Origin: Microbacterium sp. NPDC077663
GTDB taxonomy: Bacteria; Actinomycetota; Actinomycetes; Actinomycetales; Microbacteriaceae
DNA: 64,000 nt
Assembly: GCF_044542795.1 (NCBI RefSeq)
Contig: NZ_JBITVE010000002.1
Location: 250,058 to 314,057 of the forward strand
Direction: 5' to 3'
Part shown: positions 20,183 through 29,277 of the stretch, in pieces
Layout: each line of letters opens with the position of its first letter
Numbering within the stretch: the stretch's first letter is position 1
Notes under the pieces: generated by a model
Database searches by the model: none
Told to the model about the DNA's origin: nothing
The model's input: the letters and a program-made list of their open reading frames with translations, nothing else
Made by a program: the position numbers and the translations under genes

Positions 20183-20815
20183 TCAGACACGACTGCGCGC
20201 TTCGCGTCCGATGGCGAATCGGTCGAGCGCACCGGTGGCGGCGAGTCCGCGAGCCAGGAACCATGAGAGGGCGCCCGCGATGACCGCGCCCGACAGGACG
20301 GTGGAGACGAGGTAGACACCCGTGAACGCGGCGTCCGCCCCCGCGTACCAGAGGACGAGGTTGTTGATGCCGCCGGCGAGCGCAGCGCCTGCGCCGGCGA
20401 GGATCGCGACCGGAAGGGTGAACCGACGGTACAGGAAGAGGAGCACGATCAGCTCGGCGCCGAGGCCCTGGACGAGTCCCGCCTCGATGGTGAGGAAGCC
20501 GCCCCAGCTGTTGCCCACGAGCGCCGACACGACGGCCGCGAGGGTCTCGGTGTACATCGCGGCGCCGGGCTTGCGGATGATCAGGGCACCGAGCACCCCG
20601 GCGAACAGCCAGGGTCCGTCCAGGAGCCCCTGCAGGCCGGGCAGCAACGGCTCGAGCAGCGTCTTCGGGCCGAGGTAGCCGATGTTCCAGAGCAGGAAGA
20701 TGAGGCCGGACGCGACACCGAGCACGGAGGCCACGACGATGTCGATGACCCGCCAGCGGAAGCGGTTCGGCGATGAGGTGGTCCGGGTCTCGGACGTGGA
20801 CGCGACAGCGTGCAT
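20183..20815 (-). CDS. ykoE: ECF transporter S component (YkoE-like, HMP/thiamine-related)
   Basis: 210 aa multi-TM protein with an IIRKPG-like motif. It sits first in the S-A-T gene order directly downstream of a TPP riboswitch. Confidence 0.7.
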   Translation of the reverse strand: MHAVASTSETRTTSSPNRFRWRVIDIVVASVLGVASGLIFLLWNIGYLGPKTLLEPLLPGLQGLLDGPWLFAGVLGALIIRKPGAAMYTETLAAVVSALVGNSWGGFLTIEAGLVQGLGAELIVLLFLYRRFTLPVAILAGAGAALAGGINNLVLWYAGADAAFTGVYLVSTVLSGAVIAGALSWFLARGLAATGALDRFAIGREARSRV

Positions 20816-20821
20816 TTCGTT

Positions 20822-20912
20822 CTCCTCCCTGCGCCGGCATGATCCGGATCAGGTTCGACGGTCGAAGCGTGGATCGCTTCCTCTCAGCCCGGCTCACCGG
20901 ACTCCCGTGGTT
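20822..20912 (-). promoter_or_regulatory. TPP (THI-box) riboswitch
   Basis: The minus-strand sequence CACGGGAGUCCGGUGAGCCGGGCUGAGAGG...CGAACCUGAUCCGGAUCAUGCCGGCGCAGGGAGGAGAAC matches the THI element core (GCUGAGA ... ACCUGAUCYGGAUAAUGCCAGCGNAGGGA). The RBS GGGAGGAG is embedded at its 3' end. Confidence 0.8.
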
Positions 20913-20956
20913 GTGCGTCGAGTATAGCCACAGGCAGACCGCGCTACCGTGGTCCG

Positions 20957-22342
20957 GTGACCGTGGACGACGCTGATCCCCGTATGCGCCGGCGCCGGCG
21001 CGATGCGAAGCCTGCCTCCCCCTCCCCCGACCACACGGCGCTCGGCTGGGTGGATGACGAGGGGCGCCCGGTGAGCGCCGCACAGCCGCGCCCGGCCACC
21101 TTCGACCTGCTGCCTCCCCCGCGTCGACGCCGCGGCATCCCCCTGGCGGTCCTCGGTGTCCCGGCCCTCGCCGTGCTCGCGATCGCCACGGCCTACACCA
21201 CCGCCATGCTGCTCTGGCCGCTGAACAACGTGTCGCCCACGACGACCACGACCGATGCCGCTGCGCTGACCGGCGCGCCGTCCGCGATCGCGTGGCCGGC
21301 GGACGGTGAGTCCGCCGTCGGCATCGCCGGATTCGCTCCGGCGGCCTCGTCCACGACGCCCGCGCAGATGGCCAGCACGGCCAAGCTGGTCACGGCGCTC
21401 GTGATCCTCGACCAGGCGCCTCTCGCCGCGGGCGAGCAGGGTCCCGCCTACGAGTTCACCTACGCCGATCGTCAGGAGTACTGGCGCTACGTCGCGCAGA
21501 ACCAGTCCGCCCTCAACGTGCCCGACGACGGGTCCCTGACGGAGTACCAGATGCTCCAGGGGATGCTCATCGCCTCGGCCAGCAACTACGCCGACCGCCT
21601 CGCCACCGACGCCTTCGGATCCGTCGAGGACTACGTCACCGCCGCGAACGCCTGGCTCGCCGAGAACGGACTCGACGGGATCACGGTGACGGATGCCTCC
21701 GGCTACGACCGTGGCAACGTCGCGACGCCGGCGGCCATGGTCGCGCTGGCGGAGAAGGCCATGGCCGACCCCGTCGTCGCGGAGATCGTCGCGACGGAGT
21801 CCGCGGAGCTGCCCGGCGCCGGCGAGTTCGAGAACACGAATGCCCTCCTCGGCACCGACGGTGTCGTGGGCCTGAAGACCGGAAGCTACGCCGGCTCGTA
21901 CAACCTCGTCGCCGCCCGGACGGTCGATCTGGGCGGCGGCGCCACGACGCTGTTCGCGTCGGTCGCCGAGGCGCCCACCGATGGCGCCCGCGTCGACGAG
22001 ACCGAGGCCCTGCTCGACGCGGTCGCCCAGGAGGCATCCGTCACCACGACCCTGCCAGCCGGGACCGTCGTCGGAGAGGTCACCACCGCCTGGGGGGCGA
22101 CCACCACGGTCGTCACCGACGAGGACGCCGCGTTGCACCTGTGGAACGGCGCGACGGCCACGACCGAGGCATCCTTCGACATCGATGCCGACGCCGCGGC
22201 CGGAGCGGATGCCGGCACGGTCACACTCTCGGGCCCGGCCGACGAGGTCGACGTGCCGGTGAGTGTGACGACGGCGATCTCCGGCCCCGACCCGTGGTGG
22301 CGTCTCACCCACCCGATGGAGCTCGTGGGCGCGAACGGCTGA
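20957..22342 (+). CDS. D-alanyl-D-alanine carboxypeptidase (peptidase S11, PBP5-like)
   Basis: SxxK (STAK), SxN (SASN) and KTG (GLKTGS) motifs; N-terminal signal/TM region. GTG start; an alternative ATG lies at about 20984. Confidence 0.8.
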   Translation: MTVDDADPRMRRRRRDAKPASPSPDHTALGWVDDEGRPVSAAQPRPATFDLLPPPRRRRGIPLAVLGVPALAVLAIATAYTTAMLLWPLNNVSPTTTTTDAAALTGAPSAIAWPADGESAVGIAGFAPAASSTTPAQMASTAKLVTALVILDQAPLAAGEQGPAYEFTYADRQEYWRYVAQNQSALNVPDDGSLTEYQMLQGMLIASASNYADRLATDAFGSVEDYVTAANAWLAENGLDGITVTDASGYDRGNVATPAAMVALAEKAMADPVVAEIVATESAELPGAGEFENTNALLGTDGVVGLKTGSYAGSYNLVAARTVDLGGGATTLFASVAEAPTDGARVDETEALLDAVAQEASVTTTLPAGTVVGEVTTAWGATTTVVTDEDAALHLWNGATATTEASFDIDADAAAGADAGTVTLSGPADEVDVPVSVTTAISGPDPWWRLTHPMELVGANG

Positions 22343-22345
22343 CCC

Positions 22346-23278
22346 TCAGGCGAAGCGGACCGTCTGCTGCAGCCGCGTCCGCACGTCGAACAGCTCGTTT
22401 CCCCCGATGTCGCGGGCGCCGCTGACACCGCGGCGCAGGACGGTCGCGAGCACACTCCGGGCGACGACGGCTACGGGCAGACCCTTCACCTTTCCGAGCT
22501 CCTCGACCGCCGTGGCGACGTCGTCGTCGGGCAGCACGACGAGAGCCGCACTGAAGCGCACCTTCGCCGCGCGGCCGAGCGCGCGCGCCGCGAGCACGAG
22601 CTGTGCGACCGGCGCCCCCACGACGGCGTCGCCCTCCAGCTCGCCGCGTCGGGTGCGCACCGGGGCACCGAAGTCCTCGGACAGCACAGCGTAGAGTCCG
22701 CTCGGCCCGAGCACGATGTGATCGAGCTTCACGTCGGGATCCCTCCGGTCGGCGGCGACGTCGTGCCACACCGTGTACCCCATGCCGAGTTCGGCGACGA
22801 TGCGTGCCGTCGCCTCCTCGGCGAGCGCGTCGGCCAGCAGCCGGCGGACCTCGTGCGGCGCGCTGCGGACGAGAGCGGGGTCGTAGGGGTCGGCGAGGTC
22901 CACACCGCGCCCGGCCCACTCGCGGATGAGATCCAGGTAGCGCTCGCGGCGCCATCCGCCGGGCTGTCCGAACGACCGGGCGCGCGGGCGGGTGTCGGCC
23001 TGGCGCGCGTGCGGGCGCCACATCGGGGCCTCCGCATCCGGACCGTACGAGACGGTCTGCCCGAAGCCGTGCCCGCGGTCGTACGCGGCGCGCGCGCCCG
23101 CGGTCCCGACCAGTTCCCAGGCACGCTGCACCTGCACGAACTGCGCCGCGTCGCCACCGGTGTCGGGGTGCGTCTGACGCAGACGCAGGCGATACGCCTT
23201 GCGGAGGTCGTCCTCGCTCGCGTCCGCGGCCACGCCGAGGACCTCGTAGGCGGAGGCCGAAAGAGGACTGTCGAACAC
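22346..23278 (-). CDS. J-domain (DnaJ-like) protein with C-terminal NERD-like domain
   Basis: N-terminal J domain with an HPD motif (YEVLGV...LRQTHPDTGGD) and a C-terminal region resembling NERD (KLDHIVLGPSGLYAVLSEDFG). GTG start inferred 1 nt after the upstream stop, with a GGAG RBS. Confidence 0.6.
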   Translation of the reverse strand: MFDSPLSASAYEVLGVAADASEDDLRKAYRLRLRQTHPDTGGDAAQFVQVQRAWELVGTAGARAAYDRGHGFGQTVSYGPDAEAPMWRPHARQADTRPRARSFGQPGGWRRERYLDLIREWAGRGVDLADPYDPALVRSAPHEVRRLLADALAEEATARIVAELGMGYTVWHDVAADRRDPDVKLDHIVLGPSGLYAVLSEDFGAPVRTRRGELEGDAVVGAPVAQLVLAARALGRAAKVRFSAALVVLPDDDVATAVEELGKVKGLPVAVVARSVLATVLRRGVSGARDIGGNELFDVRTRLQQTVRFA

Positions 23279-23279
23279 G

Positions 23280-24341
23280 TCAGCTCCAGAGGGGGACGCT
23301 CGGACGGAACGCGAGCGCCCTGTCGGCGGTGTCGGCCGGCACCTCCTCGAGGCGAGCGGGCCGCCACCGCGGCATGCGGTCCTTGTCGACGAGCTGTGCA
23401 CGGATGCCCTCGACGAGATCGGGCTGCGTCCGCCCGAACCACTCGACGAGCGCGTACTCCTGCGCCAGCGCGGAGCGCAGGCCCGGCAGGGTCCGCGCCG
23501 AACGCACGGCGGCGAGCGTGACGGTGAGTGCGGTCGGTGCCTGGGTCTCGAGCAGGTCCGCGGTGGCCGCGGCATCCGGTTCCGGCCTGTCGCGCAGACG
23601 GGCGATGATGCTCGCGACGGTGTCGGCAGCGAACGCGTCGTCGACCCACTCCCGCGACGCCTCGAGGCGCGAGGGCTCGGGGGTCTCGTCGAACAGCATC
23701 GCGATCTCGGTGGGTGTGTCGGGGTCGGCCCGGGTCACGAGCGCGTGGCGCACGTCGTCGAGGCGGTCGGCGGGCACGAGATGGTCGGCGAACCCCGCAT
23801 AGACCGCGTCGGCGGCATCCATCGTCCCGCCGGTGAGCGCGAGGTATTCGCCGACGCGTCCGGGGGCGTGCGCGAGCAGCCACGAACCGCCGACGTCGGG
23901 GGTGAACCCGATGCGGGTCTCGGGCATCGCCAGTCGTGATCGTTCGGTGACGATCCGCACCGAGGCGTGACCGGCCAGCCCGATACCGCCGCCCATCGTG
24001 ACGCCGTCCGCGAAAGCGACAATCTGCTTCGGGTACTCCGCGATCCTCGCGTTCAGCGCGTACTCGTCGCGGAAGAAGCCCATCGCAGCCTCGGCGTCGC
24101 CGGCGAGGATCTGCTCCCGCAGCGTCCGCACGTCGCCACCCGCGCAGAACCCACGGTCGCCGGCGCCGTCGAGCAGGACGAGACGGATGTCGGGGTGATG
24201 CTCCCACGCGTCGAGCGCCTCGGCGATGCCCTGGATCATGCCGTGGTCGACGGCGTTGATCGCCTCGGGCCGGTCGAGCGTGATGCGTCCGACGCTCCCC
24301 TCCGCGCGGACGAGCAGACGGGATGCCGCGGGTTCACTCAC
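23280..24341 (-). CDS. 3-hydroxyisobutyryl-CoA hydrolase-like enoyl-CoA hydratase/isomerase family protein
   Basis: 353 aa crotonase fold (FCAGGD, GVTMGGG) with an HIBCH-like extended C-terminus. Confidence 0.8.
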   Translation of the reverse strand: MSEPAASRLLVRAEGSVGRITLDRPEAINAVDHGMIQGIAEALDAWEHHPDIRLVLLDGAGDRGFCAGGDVRTLREQILAGDAEAAMGFFRDEYALNARIAEYPKQIVAFADGVTMGGGIGLAGHASVRIVTERSRLAMPETRIGFTPDVGGSWLLAHAPGRVGEYLALTGGTMDAADAVYAGFADHLVPADRLDDVRHALVTRADPDTPTEIAMLFDETPEPSRLEASREWVDDAFAADTVASIIARLRDRPEPDAAATADLLETQAPTALTVTLAAVRSARTLPGLRSALAQEYALVEWFGRTQPDLVEGIRAQLVDKDRMPRWRPARLEEVPADTADRALAFRPSVPLWS

Positions 24342-24386
24342 CCGGGCAACGTTACCGGCCCGATCCTCGGCGCGAGCCGTGCGGGA

Positions 24387-24863
24387 TCAGGCCCGGGCAG
24401 GGCGCGGAGCCCGACGGCGCGGCGCCCGCGCGGGCGCGGCCGTCTCGACATCCGGCCGCTGCACGGGGATCTCGGTCGTCACGAGCTCGACGACGTCGAC
24501 CGGCTCGTCGTCCGCCTCGAGACGCAGCGCCTGGACAAGGGCCAGTCCGTGACGCGTCGTGATGACGAGCCGCTGGAACTCGGGGTCGCCCTCGAGGTCG
24601 ATCACGACCGACGGACGACGTCGCCGGATGAGGACGAAATCGTCGCCGCCGGCAGAGCGCCACCGCCCCATGGCCACCGCCCGTGGGATGACGGTCCCGG
24701 GGGTCGGGACACCCCGCAGCCACGTCCACGGGTCGTCGACGAGCTGCACCTTCGCGATGTGCGTCCGCTCGACGCGGACGGCCTCCTTGCGGAACGACAG
24801 CGCACGCTCGGTGGCCGAGAGAGCGACCTCCAGTCGCGACGAGTCGAGCAGCAGCGTCACCAT
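24387..24863 (-). CDS. hypothetical protein (possible bacterial PH-like domain)
   Basis: 158 aa ORF with consistent codon usage and no recognisable catalytic motif. Confidence 0.5.
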   Translation of the reverse strand: MVTLLLDSSRLEVALSATERALSFRKEAVRVERTHIAKVQLVDDPWTWLRGVPTPGTVIPRAVAMGRWRSAGGDDFVLIRRRRPSVVIDLEGDPEFQRLVITTRHGLALVQALRLEADDEPVDVVELVTTEIPVQRPDVETAAPARAPRRRAPRPARA

Positions 24864-24935
24864 GGAATCAGTCTGCCAAACAGGTCCGGTGAGACGGATG
24901 CCGCCTGGGCAACGATCCGATCTCGACCACGGACA

Positions 24936-25763
24936 TCACCCCTGGATGCGGGGAAAAGAACCGGTCGGAGGGGCGAACTCGTCGATCGCGTGCGGTAGCG
25001 GGAACTGGGCCACCGCGGCGATCAGCCCCGCGACGGTCTGCTCCTTCGCGATGACGCTGACACCGAGCCCCGCACGACGGGCATCCTTGGCCGTGCGCGG
25101 GCCGATGGCGGCGATGACGGTGCCGGACGGGATGTCGGGGAACTGCTCGTGGACCTGCTCGGCGACCGACCCGCTGGTGACGAGGATCGCGTTGATGCGT
25201 CCCGAGCGGACGTCGGTGGCCACCTTCTCGGTCACGGGCACGCCGACGGTGCGGTAGGCGACCACGCTGCGGACATCGTGCCCCGCCTCGACCAGCAGCC
25301 GCGTCAGTACCGGCTTGGCGAGTTCGCTGCGGAGGGTGAGCACGCGCATCGGTTGCGGCTCGAGTGCGATGAGCTGCGCGGCCATGCCGGCGGCGGAGTT
25401 GTCGTCGTCGGGGACGAGATCGACGCGGTAGCCGACCGCCCCCAGGGCTGCGGCGGTCGTCTCACCGACGGCGGCGACGCGTGTGGTGTGCGGGATGACG
25501 GCGCGGTACGCGTGCAGGACGTCGACGGTCGTCGAACTGGTGAGGGTCACCCAGTCGAATTCGCCGGCCGCCAGGTCCCGCAGCGCCGACTCGAGGTCAG
25601 TGGGGTCTTCGGACGGTGCGAAATTGATGAGCGGTGCGATGACCGGCGTCGCCCCCTGTGCGCGCAAGGCGGCAGCGACGCTGTCTCCCCACGGACCACC
25701 GCGAGGCACGAGCACCCGCCACCCCTTGAGGGGTTTCGGTGCTGCCGCAGCAGGTGTGTTCAT
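24936..25763 (-). CDS. hemD: uroporphyrinogen-III synthase
   Basis: 275 aa with HemD-like two-lobe similarity (WRVLVPRG ... ILVTSGS ... IGPRTA). Confidence 0.8.
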   Translation of the reverse strand: MNTPAAAAPKPLKGWRVLVPRGGPWGDSVAAALRAQGATPVIAPLINFAPSEDPTDLESALRDLAAGEFDWVTLTSSTTVDVLHAYRAVIPHTTRVAAVGETTAAALGAVGYRVDLVPDDDNSAAGMAAQLIALEPQPMRVLTLRSELAKPVLTRLLVEAGHDVRSVVAYRTVGVPVTEKVATDVRSGRINAILVTSGSVAEQVHEQFPDIPSGTVIAAIGPRTAKDARRAGLGVSVIAKEQTVAGLIAAVAQFPLPHAIDEFAPPTGSFPRIQG

Positions 25764-25946
25764 GGTTCGACTCTCGTATAGGCGGTGGCCGCCCCAGAGC
25801 GAGACGGCCGACGCTCAGCGGAACGATGCACGACGTGCGACGTTCGGGACCCTGTCGTCGGCAGCATCTGCGCCATCGCCGCTGCCTGTTCCGAGCATAC
25901 CCCGGGTCGTCAGCGGCGATGCGGAGACGGAATCCCGTCGCCGCGG

Positions 25947-26213
25947 TCAGCGGGTGTACAGCCGGACGGCACCCCAGACGACGAGCCCGATCGCGGCGGC
26001 GGCGCCGACGGCGGCGATCACGGCGCCCGTCGGGTTGCGGTCCGCGAACTCGCGAGCCGAGACCTGCGCCCGGCGGGTGGCCCGCGCGGCACGCTTGGGG
26101 ACGTTCGCCTTCTCTTCGATCGCGGCGAGCGCCGCCTTCAACTCCGCGCGTGCCCGCTCGACGGGATCCGAGATGCCGAGGGGGACGGCGGTACGGGGGA
26201 GATCAGAACTCAT
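25947..26213 (-). CDS. DUF3618 domain-containing small membrane protein
   Basis: 88 aa with a coiled N-terminus and a C-terminal TM helix; overlaps the upstream gene by 11 bp. Confidence 0.6.
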   Translation of the reverse strand: MSSDLPRTAVPLGISDPVERARAELKAALAAIEEKANVPKRAARATRRAQVSAREFADRNPTGAVIAAVGAAAAIGLVVWGAVRLYTR

Positions 26214-26613
26214 CGGCCACTTCCTTCACGATTCGGGCGTCGGTCGACAGGGCCTTCGCTGGGTTCTCACGGTTCTTCATCCGCTTGATGCGCAGCATGC
26301 CCAGCAGAGCGAAGACGACGACGAGCAGCAGACCGAGCACGACAAGGATGAGGGCTGCCAGCCACGGCGCCATCCACGAGGACAGGCCGATGACGGTGAA
26401 CGCGCCGATCGCGGGCAGCGTCCAGAAAAGCACGAACAGGGCCAGGACGAACCAGATGCCGACGACGCCGGCATCCTTTCCGGTCCGGGTCGCCCACGCC
26501 TTGGCAGCGTTGATCTCCGCGACGATGAGGTTCTTGACGAGCTCGGGGAGCTCGCCCACCAGACCGAGGAGGCTGTCGTCACCCCGATCGCGGAATCCGC
26601 GGGGCGTGCTCAT
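26203..26613 (-). CDS. phage holin family protein (holin superfamily III-like small membrane protein)
   Basis: Internal Met (MSTPRGFRDRG) chosen; 136 aa with two TM helices; ATGA overlap with the upstream gene. Confidence 0.6.
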   Translation of the reverse strand: MSTPRGFRDRGDDSLLGLVGELPELVKNLIVAEINAAKAWATRTGKDAGVVGIWFVLALFVLFWTLPAIGAFTVIGLSSWMAPWLAALILVVLGLLLVVVFALLGMLRIKRMKNRENPAKALSTDARIVKEVADEF

Positions 26614-27026
26614 GAGGCGGACGAGCTCTTCTTGGTGGAGGTCGAACGCTTCGTGGTGCCCGACCCGGTCGAGCGCTTCGACGTTCCCGAGCCCGACACG
26701 GCGTCGGCGGTCGTCTCGGCGGCATCCTTCACGTCGTCGGCGGCGTCCTTCGAGGCGTCGAGGGCGGCGTCGAGCTTGTCGCCGGGGGTGCCCTTCGTGG
26801 TCGCGGCGCGGGTGATCTTCACCGCGCTGCTCCACAGGACGCTCGGCAGGGCGAAGGCCGCCGACTTGCCGAACTCGCCGACCTTGTCGACCTGCTTCTG
26901 CACGGCCGGGGTGTTGTAAACCCGGAGGTAGGCGTCTTTGATCTGCTCGTAGCGCTGGCGGCCCGCGCGGGCCCCGAGGACGTAGCCGGCGGTGAGTCCG
27001 ACGACGATTCCGATCTTGCCCTTCAT
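26610..27026 (-). CDS. hypothetical protein (N-terminal hydrophobic helix, Ser/Thr/Lys-rich tail)
   Basis: 138 aa; first gene of a three-gene small-protein cluster. Confidence 0.5.
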   Translation of the reverse strand: MKGKIGIVVGLTAGYVLGARAGRQRYEQIKDAYLRVYNTPAVQKQVDKVGEFGKSAAFALPSVLWSSAVKITRAATTKGTPGDKLDAALDASKDAADDVKDAAETTADAVSGSGTSKRSTGSGTTKRSTSTKKSSSAS

Positions 27027-27114
27027 GGCGATTCCTCACGTTCGTAGCGATGTGATGCCGAGAACCCAGAGTAACGGCGCATTCCATTCGCGGCATCCAC
27101 CCTTGACAGCCGGG

Positions 27115-28521
27115 TCAGGTCGATGCAGCGCGACCGTCGGCGTACCAGAGGAGGCCCGATCTGATGCGCTCCGCCTCGTCTTTCGCGTCGGCCACGACCC
27201 GAGTGATCCCCGTCCCGTCGATCCACGCGCCCACGACCCCGAGTCGCTCGTCGCGGCGAGCGACTCGGCGGACCTCGTCCCGCTCGGGCGACAGCGCCGA
27301 GGAGGGCAGTGACCGGGGCCAGCGAGCACGATGCGTCCCCCGCACAGTGCCGAGATCGACGCCGAGAAGCTGCGCGGCGGCCGCGGTCGACACCGCGATC
27401 GCGTCACCGTCGGCGAGATCAGTCGCCGGCGTCGTGACCCGCACGACGTGCGGCTCCCGCTCGCCGCGCGGCCAGGTCGCCGTCGCGTGGACGACCGCGA
27501 TCGCGGCGGCGGTGCCGGGCGCCGCGTAGACGGCGTGACCGCGCGGTCGGGCATCGAGAGCGGGCGCGTCGAGAGCCAGGGTGACGACGTCGACGTCATC
27601 GGGCGAGAGCGCGGTCCCGTCGAGACCGGGAAGGTGCGGCGCGAGCAGTCGACGTGCGGCTCGCTCCGGCGTGGCGACGATGACCGCGTCGACCTGCACA
27701 CCGTCACCGGCGGCGGTGGTCAGCGTCCACTCCTTCGCTGCGCGCGAGATGCCCGTCACCTCCGTCGCGGTGCGGACGTCCACCTCGAGGTCGGCGAGGC
27801 GCTGCGCGAGCGCGTCGACGAACACGGACATGCCTCCGGCCACGGTCGCCCGAGTCGGACCGGCATCCGCACCCGGCAACTGCTGCGCGACCGCGCCGGA
27901 CAACGACCCGGTCCGGGTCAGGGCGGCGTTCAGCCCTCGGGCGGCGCGGTCGACGTCGACCTGCTCGGGCGGAACACCGTGGATGCCGAAGGTGAGCGGC
28001 GCGACCATCCGCTCGAGCACCCGCGAGCCCATCCGGCTCTCGACCAGGGCGGCGAGGTTGCGCTCCGCGCCGATCGTGAGCGGCGGGCGCAGCCGGTCGA
28101 CATAGGCGCGCCACGCGCCGGACCAGCCGATGATGCGCCGCACCCTCGTGTCGAAGGGGTTGGCGGGGATGCCGAGGATCGAGGCATCCGGCAGCGGCGC
28201 CACCCCGTGGACGCCCGCCACCCAGGTCTCGGCCTCGCGGGCCGTGACGATCGCGTCGCGCAGTCCGAGCTCGTCGAAGAGGTCGCTCAGAGCGCCCGGC
28301 GCCACCCGGAACCCGTCGGCGGCGACGTCGACGCGGCGACCGCCCAGTTCGGCGGAGGCGACGATCCCGCCCAGCTGTTCCGCCGCCTCGAAAAGGGTCA
28401 CGCGGATGCCGAGCTTCGCGCACTCGAGCGCGGCGACGAGACCGGCGACGCCCCCGCCGACCACGGCGACGCGCGCGCGGCGCGCCTGGGAGACGAGATC
28501 GGGTGCGGCCGAGGGATCCAT
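27115..28521 (-). CDS. hemY: protoporphyrinogen/coproporphyrinogen III oxidase (HemY/CgoX family FAD oxidase)
   Basis: FAD-binding motif VAVVGGGVAGL. Start at the ATG (MDPSAAPD) with a GGAGG RBS at suitable spacing; an alternative ATG lies at 28530. Confidence 0.75.
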   Translation of the reverse strand: MDPSAAPDLVSQARRARVAVVGGGVAGLVAALECAKLGIRVTLFEAAEQLGGIVASAELGGRRVDVAADGFRVAPGALSDLFDELGLRDAIVTAREAETWVAGVHGVAPLPDASILGIPANPFDTRVRRIIGWSGAWRAYVDRLRPPLTIGAERNLAALVESRMGSRVLERMVAPLTFGIHGVPPEQVDVDRAARGLNAALTRTGSLSGAVAQQLPGADAGPTRATVAGGMSVFVDALAQRLADLEVDVRTATEVTGISRAAKEWTLTTAAGDGVQVDAVIVATPERAARRLLAPHLPGLDGTALSPDDVDVVTLALDAPALDARPRGHAVYAAPGTAAAIAVVHATATWPRGEREPHVVRVTTPATDLADGDAIAVSTAAAAQLLGVDLGTVRGTHRARWPRSLPSSALSPERDEVRRVARRDERLGVVGAWIDGTGITRVVADAKDEAERIRSGLLWYADGRAAST

Positions 28522-28572
28522 GCCGTCCATCCTCCCCCACCCCGATGCGGCGGAGAGTGCGAACATAGGCCT

Positions 28573-29148
28573 ATGGCCCTCCACATCACCGGCGACGAGG
28601 CAGCCGACGCGCTCCTCACCGACGAACCCCTCGCCCTCCTCATCGGGATGCTGCTGGATCAGCAGATCGCCATGGAGACCGCCTTCGCCGGGCCCCTGAA
28701 GATCCGGGAGCGCACCGGTGGACTCGATGCCGCGGGCATCGCCGCCGCCGACCCGGAGGAGTTCGCGGCCGCGTTCGGTCAGACCCCCGCCGTGCACCGG
28801 TTCCCCGGGTCGATGGCGGGCCGGGTGCAGGCGTTGTGCCAGACGCTCGTCGACGAGTGGGGCGGTGACGCCTCGGCGCTGTGGACCGAGGGCGATCCCG
28901 ACGGCGCGACGGTGCTGAAGCGCCTCAAGGCCCTGCCGGGGTTCGGCGATCAGAAGGCGCGGATCTTCCTCGCCCTCCTCGGCAAGCAGTACGGCTTCAC
29001 GGGAGCCGGATGGCGCGAGGCCGCCGGCGCGTACGGCGAAGAGGGCTCGTTCCGCTCGGTCGCCGACATCGTCTCTCCCGAGTCGCTCGCAAAGGTCCGC
29101 GAGCACAAGCGCGCCGCGAAGGCGGCGGCGAAGGCCGCGAAGGGCTGA
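28573..29148 (+). CDS. HhH-GPD family base-excision DNA repair protein
   Basis: Internal ATG (MALHITGDEAADALL...) begins a 191 aa HhH-GPD-like protein; the upstream part of the long ORF is antisense to hemY. Confidence 0.7.
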   Translation: MALHITGDEAADALLTDEPLALLIGMLLDQQIAMETAFAGPLKIRERTGGLDAAGIAAADPEEFAAAFGQTPAVHRFPGSMAGRVQALCQTLVDEWGGDASALWTEGDPDGATVLKRLKALPGFGDQKARIFLALLGKQYGFTGAGWREAAGAYGEEGSFRSVADIVSPESLAKVREHKRAAKAAAKAAKG

Positions 29149-29197
29149 CCCGACGCAGTCGGTCGCCCGCATCACCGCGCTGGTGTGACGAGGCTTT

Positions 29198-29260
29198 CAG
29201 GGACGGACGTCGTCGCGAGCGCTGCCCGCGAGCGACGTTTCGCGTCCCCGGAACGCGGGT
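29198..29260. repeat. GC-rich hairpin repeat element, family 2, copy 1
   Basis: cagGGACGgacGTCGTCGCgagcgctgcccgcgaGCGACgtttcgcGTCCCCGGAACgcGGG aligns collinearly with 41033-41100 (shared GGGACG, GTCGTCGC, GCGAC, TCCCCGGAAC, CGGG blocks). It lies in a convergent spacer. Confidence 0.4.
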
Positions 29261-29277
29261 CAGCGCCTGCGCGTGGG

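Noticed and set aside
20894-22312. 472 aa minus-strand ORF
   Set aside because: It is antisense to the DD-carboxypeptidase gene, which has clear SxxK/SxN/KTG motifs.
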